A stretch of DNA of 64,000 nt. It comes from the human T2T-CHM13v2.0 reference genome, Homo sapiens. Made by a program: the position numbers and the translations under genes. The stretch is from the NCBI RefSeq assembly GCF_009914755.1, contig NC_060930.1. The stretch is one strand, 5' to 3'. Under the pieces are notes generated by a model. It had not been told where the DNA came from and did not search any database. It saw only the letters and a list, made by a program, of their open reading frames with translations. This document shows positions 53,822 through 64,000 of the stretch, one piece after another (the first letter of the stretch is position 1; each line of letters begins with the position of its first letter).

Positions 53822-54304
53822 TAGCCATTTCTAATGAGTGCCGCCTCCCATTCCCCTCATGAAGGCAAGCAGAGAGACAAACAAGTCACAATAGTTTCAG
53901 AGGTTACGGATAACATGCAACATTTGTTTTTTCCCCAAAAATCTGACAGGAAAAAAAAATCCATATTCTAGAGCAGATGAGGTTGGATTAAGAAAAATCA
54001 ATGATGTATCAATGGATGCATGCTGCAACAGAACAGCAAATAAGACCGGGAGGAGGAAGGAAGGGGCTTGGACCAAGCAGCATAGAATGCTGGCAGAAAC
54101 TGAAGAACCCTGCTTCGGGGTGCAGGTGACAAACAGTGCAAGGGTGGTCGGGAGAGGGTCAGCACCCCCCCTTGCTGGACCACTGCAGCCAGACTCCAGC
54201 AGGGTGCACACAGAAGACGGGCCTCCGAGAGTCTGCCTCCTTAGCAGTCCCCGGAGGCCTCAGGAGGAACAGCAGCCCTGTGATTCACAGCACAGAGGTT
54301 GTGA

Positions 54305-54435
54305 CTGAGCTTCCTGTTCTGGAATTCATGGGTCTGGAATCTGAACTCTAGATTGGAAGAGAGCCAATCACGAGTCAACTCCCTCTGCAGCTGCATACAC
54401 AAAAGAGAGAAGACAGAGAGGATGAGTCACATTCT
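54305..54435. promoter_or_regulatory. Candidate enhancer motif cluster (NFI, AP-1, ETS, E-box)
   Basis: TTGGA-N5-GCCAA at 54353-54367, TGAGTCA at 54423-54429, CTTCCTG at 54310-54316 and a CAGCTG, all in non-repeat DNA. Confidence 0.4.
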
Positions 54436-54688
54436 CCTGACCCTTTCACACACAACATTAGTCTTCTGGAAAATATATTCTATTCAATGTACTCGAATTG
54501 GACGAATTTGATCAGCAATTTTTCTAGAATAAATTGGAGGTTCAGTTAAAGTTGAGGAGGCAGAAGAATAAGAGAAAAATTTTCTCCTCTGGAGGTCTAC
54601 TCAATGCAGTACCCATTGAAATTTCCTCATTCAGAAGGAAAGTGACAGAGCGGTCTCCAGATGCCTCATATACACGCCACTAAAGGAA

Positions 54689-54958
54689 CGTATTAGTCCG
54701 TTTTCATGCTGCTGATAAAGACATACCTGAGACTGGGTAATTTATACAGAAAAAGAGGTTTAATGGATTCACAGTTCCACATGGCTGGGGAGGCCTCATG
54801 ATTATGGTGGAAGGTGAAGGAGGAGCAAAGGCATATCCTTACATGGTGTCAGGCAAGAGAACATGGGCAGAGGAAGTGCCCTCTGCAAAACCATCATGAG
54901 ACTTATTCTCTATTATGAGAACAGCATGAGAAAGACCCACCCCCATGATTCAATTACC
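54689..54958 (-). mobile_element. THE1B/C LTR, truncated at its 5' side
   Basis: GTATTAGTCCGTTTTCATGCTGCTGATAAAGACATACC...CCCCCATGATTCAATTACC. Confidence 0.88.
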
Positions 54959-55132
54959 AAGGAGCAAAAGTTTATTTTTTCATTTGTCTCTCCACTGTCC
55001 TCCTCCCCAAGATCCAGCAGCAGAGCTATCAAACAAATAGAACAGGCAGCCAAAAAGAGAGCTTTTGGGGTGTGTCCAAGAAGTTTCTGGACAAGGCACT
55101 CAATCATGAGACGTGTTCCCTCCATTAGTGAT

Positions 55133-55551
55133 TGTATGAGTCAGGGTTCTTCAAAGAAACAGAATTCATAGGACATGTGTTGTGTAGAGAAAGATTTATT
55201 ACAAGGAACTGGTTTATGTAATTATGGAGACTGTCAGGTTCAAAATCTGCAGGGTGGGCTGGCAGGCTGGAGACCCATGTAAGAGTTGATGTAGCAGTTC
55301 AAGTCTAAAGTCTGCCATCTGCTGGCAGAATTCCCTTTTGTTTGAGGGAGGCCAGTCTTGTTCTTTTCAGCCCTTCAACTGACTGGATGAGGCCCACTCA
55401 TATTGTGGGGGACAATCTACTTTGCTCCAAGTCCACCAATTTAAATGTTAATCTCATCCAAAAAATACCCTTGCAGAAACATTCAGAACATTTGACCATA
55501 TATCTAGACACTGTGGCCCAGCCAAGTTGACACATAAAATTAACCATCAGA
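55133..55551 (-). mobile_element. MLT2B/C solo LTR (HERV-L)
   Basis: TGTATGAGTCAGGGTTCT...CCAGCCAAGTTGACACATAAAATTAACCATCA. Confidence 0.88.
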
Positions 55552-56134
55552 CCAGGATTTCTCTGCCAGGAAGCTATCACAGATACCAAACACAAAGAAG
55601 AGGAAGCAGGGCAAAGCAGCGCTTTGTAAGAAAATGAGAGATGGTCATGAGCCCTAGGATTGAACCTCTGTATCTGAGGCTGGCCACAAAAAGGACATTT
55701 TTTTTCTTATTCTAAGTAGATCTTAAGTAGTCTCAAAAGGTGACTGTACAATTGCAGATGAGTTATCAAAGTGGAGAATATGAAATGCTTCCCTTATTAA
55801 AATGGTAGTATTAAATAGTTGAATAATAATAGTGTTACCATCAGTTTTGAAAGGCCAAACCAATCACTGAAAGAGCCATGGTCCATCAATGGAATTACTA
55901 AAACCAGAGACTAAGCCAATACATCCTAGGTAGGAAGACTTTTACTCAGGACACCCCAGGGACTGCATCTGATGCTGCTGCCTACTTCTAGCACTGTCAC
56001 TTAGGCATGAGAAAATAGACTTGAATGTGCATAGGACAATAAAAAATCCAAATTACCTCCAAATGTTTCAGAAGAAATTTAGCATCACTCTTATTATTAC
56101 AAAAAGCAAGCTGAAACAAATTAATGCTAACATC

Positions 56135-56310
56135 TATCAATTGAGTGCTCATTAAATAGGCAATGTTCTAGAAGATTTACTACACATACTATTTTTTATA
56201 TCAGTACTTTTCTAGAAGGTAGTATTATTCTAAGTTTTCATGTGAGGAAACCGAGGTTTTCCAGGTTATATAACCTCCCAAATTCAGGAGCCAGAAAGTA
56301 AGTAATTTAC
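56135..56310 (-). mobile_element. MIR
   Basis: GGTAGTATTATTC...TGTGAGGAAACCGAGG. Confidence 0.55.
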
Positions 56311-57039
56311 CATACATAACTGACGAGCATTTTGCTGATCACTTAACAAGGAAACCAAGGATTATAACAGAAAAACTGAGAATGTCAAAATTTTTTGATG
56401 TTGCATCTGTGTAATCCAGAACTGTGGAATTGTCCATACCTTTTTACCCAAATATTTCATCAAAGTTCCATGTATAAATACTTTCATATAAGTATGCTTA
56501 TGATTCAACAAAAAACTCTAGGATCAGCCTAAAAATCTAACAGTATGGCATTGCATTAACAATTATATAGTATATTCACTCTTTAAAAAGATATAGCTAT
56601 AGCAACCCATAATTATTAAGACTTTATAAAAATCCAAGCTGGATACCTTGATAATTATATAAACAGAACAAAAGATATAACTGTGATGCCATTGATAGAC
56701 TGTAAAGAATAGATACAGTGGCAGGCAGGCCAATATATAATCAGTCATATTGGAAAAAAGGGAAAAAGATGGACAACAAATACCAACAGTATTTGGAATG
56801 GGACTGGGATAATTTATTTTTGCCATTCCCAGATTTCCTGAAATGTATTCATACTAAATTTAACATTTAAAAATACATACTTCCCTAAAGGATTAAATTT
56901 GAGCCAATGTGGTTTGATATTGAAAGACATAATTCTCACTAATTTTGTTTATAATGGAAACATTGCTGCAAACACTACTAAAAGGGTGACTCAAGTGAGA
57001 CAGCTATTCAAAGCCAATGTTTCCATTGGCTATGCTAAA

Positions 57040-57238
57040 GCAAAGATGGAAATAATGGACTCTGGGAACTCCAAAAGAGGGGAGGGAGAAAAGCAGATAA
57101 GGAGTGAAAAACTACCTATCAAATACTATCTTCACTATTTGAGTGATGGGTTCACTAGAAGTCCAAACCCCAGCACTATGCAACATACCCGTGTAACAAA
57201 GCTACACATGTTACCCCGAATTTGTAATAAATAAATAA
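57040..57238 (+). mobile_element. L1PA16/17-like 3' terminal fragment
   Basis: AAAGATGGAAATAATGGACTCTGGGAACTCCAAAAG...GTAACAAAGCTACACATG. Confidence 0.8.
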
Positions 57239-58139
57239 CCCCTAACATCAGTGTCAGAAAAACACCTCTTTCTCTTTGGGGGGAAAAACAGAGCCATTGA
57301 TTGGAAACTTGCAACTACTCGTCACATAATTTTATTGAATTTCGCTGCTCTTGGACTTGTCTGCCTCTTTCAAGTGTAGAAGAAGCAGGAGTTCTAATTG
57401 CAGAAAGGTTGGAAATCTCACAAGCTAAGGTGGCTTGTCTTGCCAACATGTAGCAAAGACAGAGTCATCCCTTTTGGGACATTTTGACAATTATGAGCCC
57501 TGAGGAAGTGCTCAAGACAGAACTCCTGACTAATCTGACCTTCTAGAAGAGTTGACAAAGAAAAACACATTTGAATATTGGGGAAGACGTGTAATTATGT
57601 TTTTGGCAATTTTCTATTAAATTTGCTCTTAAATATCATTATTAATATTTAATTAACTTTTAGTTTCTACGTGAATTTTTAAATATTAACAGAAGAACAA
57701 CCTAAGTCTTCTTTCCTTTCTATTTATAAATATCAGTTGTCAGCTATACCTACTTTTTAAGTACAAACCCTGTTTTCTTCACAACATCTTCTCACATCTC
57801 ACTGGAAATAATTAAACATTTCCTTCCTTGCTCTCCACTGCACTTTTTAAGCCTTCATCATAACACATTTTACAAGCTTATGTCTATCTCCCTAGTAGAT
57901 TATGATGTGTCCAGAAGCCATGTCTGATTAAGCTGTGCCCCATAGCTGCAAGTACTGTTCCTAGTTTCTTGTAGGCATTCATTACATTTATGTGGTCCTA
58001 ACACACACATGGCTTAAACCACATGCCTGCCACATGATAGCAGCCTAACAAAATTGCAGGACCTCAACTGAGTTCAATGTGATATAATAAAGATAATGAT
58101 TTTTAAGATTTTCTTAGTTTTTTCAACTTAAATTATACT

Positions 58140-58310
58140 TTGTCATCTGACTGTATCCATTAAATACTCTTGTGATTTAAATAGAATAGTTATTATTAGC
58201 CTAATTTTACAGAGGAACACACAAAGGCACAAAGAGCATAAAGGACTTGGCCAAGGTTACATACCAAGTAATTGCAAAACTGGAGTTTGCGATCTGGTCT
58301 TAGAATGCCT
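58140..58310 (-). mobile_element. MIR
   Basis: TATTATTAGCCTAATTTTACAGAGGAA...GACTTGGCCAAGGTTACATA. Confidence 0.7.
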
Positions 58311-58450
58311 TGCCATGTGCAAATAGTGCCTGTAAAGGTTTAGCAAATGGGCTATTTGACAAAAATCATGCTTTATGAGTACTTAAAGAGTATATTCTCA
58401 GTCAAAATGTAAAAATGTGCTTATGAAGTTATTCACATGGCCTACATTAT

Positions 58451-58510
58451 GTGTGTATATGTATTTTACACATATATATTATATATATGTGTGTGTGTAT
58501 ATATATATAT
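58451..58510. repeat. (TG)n/(TA)n simple repeat
   Basis: Read directly from the sequence. Confidence 0.8.
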
Positions 58511-59210
58511 AAAGCTAACAGTTAAGTTAACCTTAGGAAAAAGATTTATTTCAAATTCTGTACTAATACGGTTGACAACTAAGTTTTACCAATATTACAG
58601 AGTACAAATGACAAAAAATGAATGCATAAAATGATCAATTTATCCTTTTCTATAAATGGACATGGTCTCTAATGCAAATCTGCAGAGAAGAGCAATTTCT
58701 AAAATATTGAGGAGTCTTCAATTTATACTTCATCTGACTTTATCCAGAGGTCAATTTGAGAAAAAATAGAGGTCTGGCAACTGCCAAAATCTGACTGCAT
58801 TTACTTAACAAATTGCTGCTCTATGGATAAGTGATAATTGAGGGTGACCAGAAAAACTGACTAAATCATTAAATTCAGAATTTTTCAATGATCTCCAACT
58901 AAGTACTTGTTCAATTTAGGGGGATGTTTATATTCTGCTTAATTCATACACACTGAAAAAGACATGGAGCAAGAAAGATGATCTGGGTTCTCAGATTAAG
59001 CTATAAAGCTATGCAAAAGAAAACGGAGCAGGAAGAGAAAAAAGTGAAAGGAGAAGAAGGAGAAGGAGATGGAAGGGAAGGAAGGGGAGGAAGGAAGGCA
59101 AGCAGGTTAGGTTTAATTCCATCACATCTAATACCATTTTACCCCCAAATTATGCATGTCATCTTAGCTGTATGCTTCTTTTATTAAAATATATATATAT
59201 ATAAAATATA

Positions 59211-59527
59211 GGCTGGATGCAGTGGCTCACTCCTGTGTAACCCCAGCACTTTGGAAGGCCGAGACGGGCAGATCACTTTAATCCAGGAGTTGGAGACCAC
59301 TCTGGGCAATATGGGGAAACCCTGATCTACAAAATATACAAAAATTAGCTGAGTGTGGTGGCACACGCCTGTGGTCCCAGCTACTCAGGAGGCTCAGGTG
59401 AAGAGGATTGCTTACTCTGGGGAGGTGAAGATTGTAGTGAGCAGAAATCGCGCCACTGCACTCCAGCTTAGACAATGCGGCAAGATTCTGTCTCCAAAAA
59501 AAAAAAAAAAGAAAGAAAAGAAAAGAG
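59211..59527 (+). mobile_element. AluJb-like
   Basis: Diverged full Alu with an A-rich tail. Confidence 0.9.
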
Positions 59528-60269
59528 AAACTGGGCATCTTAAAAATCTGAACAACTAGTACTATTTTGGTTTATCTTTTGTATTGTTGTTCAGTCAGTT
59601 TCTAGAAATAAAATGCAAAATTTTACCTGGACATTTGAAATTTACAATATGTAGAAGAAATAAAATAATATGTTCAAAAGTAATGCCAAAATGCACATTG
59701 CTAATTATACTTTAACTTCCTGCGTTGAAAGTCACTCTTATAATAATGTAATGAAGTAAGATATGGTTTTAATGACTTTCACAGCCTGAAAAAAGTCTGA
59801 TTTTATTATAAGCTACATTTTAATTTTTATTTTGAAGGACATTCAGATGAGATTGCTATTTAAATTTTTAATAAAACAAAATACAGACTTTAATATGAAA
59901 TTCATTTCTCAATGTCAAAGTATATCATTCTAAAGTGCTGTAACTATTATTTAATAGGGTTTTATATAGAGCCCCATACAGGTTCAAAACTAAATTATCA
60001 TGTTCAGGGAAAGCAAGATGAAATTTTCTATTGGGAAAAACAATGCCGAAAAGTTAGAAGTTATAAGGAGGAAGATTTGAAGGTAGTATACGGTGGAACT
60101 TCTAAATTATTAGAGGAGTTCAACAAATAAATGAACTCCCATGTGAAATAGTTCTTTGCCATGGGAAGGGCTCAAGCACTGGCTTGTCATATTTAGAAAG
60201 TCATGGAAGCCCTTCTAGAATTGATGATCTTGTCCATCTCTTGTCCTATATTTATCATTTTCTACAGAG

Positions 60270-60453
60270 GATATGACACTCTGACCTTGAAATCAGATGG
60301 ACCTGGGTTTTGATCCTGGCAGCACTGCTAACGAGTTGTGTGATATGGAAAACACAATTTTACCCTTCTTTACTGCCTTCCCCACCTATGAAATGGGTTT
60401 AATAATACCCCAAATAAACATAAGTATTAAATGAGATAACATATATGTAAAAG
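60270..60453 (+). mobile_element. MIR
   Basis: AATCAGATGGACCTGGGTTTTGATCCTGGC...TTAAATGAGATAACATATATGTAAAAG. Confidence 0.8.
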
Positions 60454-61083
60454 ATGATCTTAACCTTTAAATAAATAAGACAGTATCAACAACGATACGC
60501 TTGCATTGTTCAGGAGTGTTTAAGTTTATCCTAATGACTTAAAAGAAGGTGTACTCAAAGACATGGACTTGCATCAGAAATAAATGAAGAGCTCAGGATG
60601 GACCATTGGGAGCTGTTCTCCCAGCAGGTGTACAGTTGTCCAGTGGTGTCTCCAAGAAGGTTTCCTGATTTTATGGAATTTCCTAAGCTAAGTAATGTCA
60701 GGTAAAAGGGGAGGGTACTCACAAGGTGTGAACCCTTCAAACACTGGCACCATCTTCTACTCAGCTATCTTATATGACTCTGTTGGTTAGCAAACAAATA
60801 GGAGTGGTAAGCAATATATATTTGTCTTATTTACAAATGCAATAACTTTAGTCAAAGCTCACTAGGTAGACAGTTAACAATTACAAAGAACTTCATGGTG
60901 GATGGACCTCCTCTCAAGAGTAAGGCTATACCAAAAAGCCTTCTGCCCTTATCCCACATTATTTGTGCAGGATATTGGCAGAAAAGAGTTTAATAGTACC
61001 CCAGCTAGGCACAAAGGGAAAGAGTGTTCCATTTCTGTAGATGACGTAACAGTACTTAGTTCTTTATCCTTGTTTCATCAGAT

Positions 61084-61437
61084 TGTTACCGGTGAAGAGT
61101 GTCTAGGTTTTTGGTGTCTTGAACAAAGAATTGGACAAAATGCACAAACAAAGCAAGGAAGGAATGAAGGGATTTATTGAAAATGAAAGTACACTCCAGA
61201 GGGTGGGAGCAGGCCCAAGCATAGGGGCTCGAGGGCCCCGTTACAAAATTTTCGGAAGTTTACCCTCTAGAGGATTCTTTTGGGTACTTGGGTATGCCCT
61301 ATGTGAATGAAGAGGATGAAGTAAAGCTATAAAGTCATTTATTTGGCCTACGCCCTATGGAGAGGATATTTCCTGTCATTGCTGAGGTGTGGATTGACCT
61401 TATGTTCCCTGCCTCCAGACCCTATTTTCCTGCCTCA
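61084..61437 (-). mobile_element. MER51B 3' LTR
   Basis: The reverse complement reads TGAGGCAGGAAAATAGGGTCTGGAGGCAGGGAACATAAGG...CACCGGTAACA. Confidence 0.9.
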
Positions 61438-63600
<2,163 letters not shown>

Positions 63601-63619
63601 AGTTTTCAGCGGATTGATT

Positions 63620-64000
63620 CTGTGAACTTTAAGCTGTAATATTTATTATTTTTATTAATACATTTTGCATTAAATTCTCTTATCTGAAATTAATATAGCT
63701 ATACAAGTTCATCTTCGGTCACTGTTTGCTTTGTGTATTTTTTCACACTTCATGTAAAATCTTTTTTTACGTGACAAAAATCTTTTTTTCTGATTTTGTT
63801 TTCTTGAAAGCAGAACATGATTGACTTTTTAAAAATAAGCCATAAGATTTCCATATTTGAATCATTGGGTTTAAACTGTTTATATTTATTAACATAACTG
63901 AGGTACATGAATTTATACAACCCTATTTTGTGTTCTTATTTAGCATACATTTCATTTTGTTTGATTTTCCCTGGTCATTTTTAAGTTGAAGATTCAAAGT
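63620..64000 (-). mobile_element. Old L1M (ORF2 5' region) relic
   Basis: TCTGAAATTAATATAGCTATACAAG...TGTTTGCTTTGTGTATTTTT. Confidence 0.55.

Noticed and set aside
59030-59100. Purine-rich tract as triplex-forming DNA
   Set aside because: Short, imperfect low-complexity sequence with no clear mirror symmetry.

Overview
This is 64 kb of AT-rich, repeat-dense primate DNA, almost certainly human because it carries a near-consensus AluYb8 (a human-specific subfamily). I see no protein-coding exon, RNA gene, CpG island or prokaryotic-type system. Most listed ORFs fall inside Alu, L1, L2 or LTR repeats, and the rest look like chance ORFs. Much of the window is recognisable transposon sequence: 17 Alus; L1PB1, L1PBa/PB4, L1PA12 and older L1M pieces; L2 and MIR; about 15 LTRs (MER52, MER67, MER9, LTR33, MER93, MLT1J, THE1, MER92, MLT1B/C, MSTB, MER61, MLT2, MER51B); and DNA transposons (MADE1, MER1B, Tigger3a, a hAT-Tip100 relic). 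The most notable items are: a TSD-flanked micro-retroinsertion of unknown origin (2769-2863); a nested L1PB>MER1B>THE1D stack collapsed by a multi-kb deletion (23290-28711); a young AluYb8; an NFI/AP-1/ETS motif cluster near 54.3 kb; and several template-switch or palindrome scars. I found no evidence of a new multi-gene system. Subfamily names come from recalled consensus sequences, not from a search, and the ends of old repeats are approximate.
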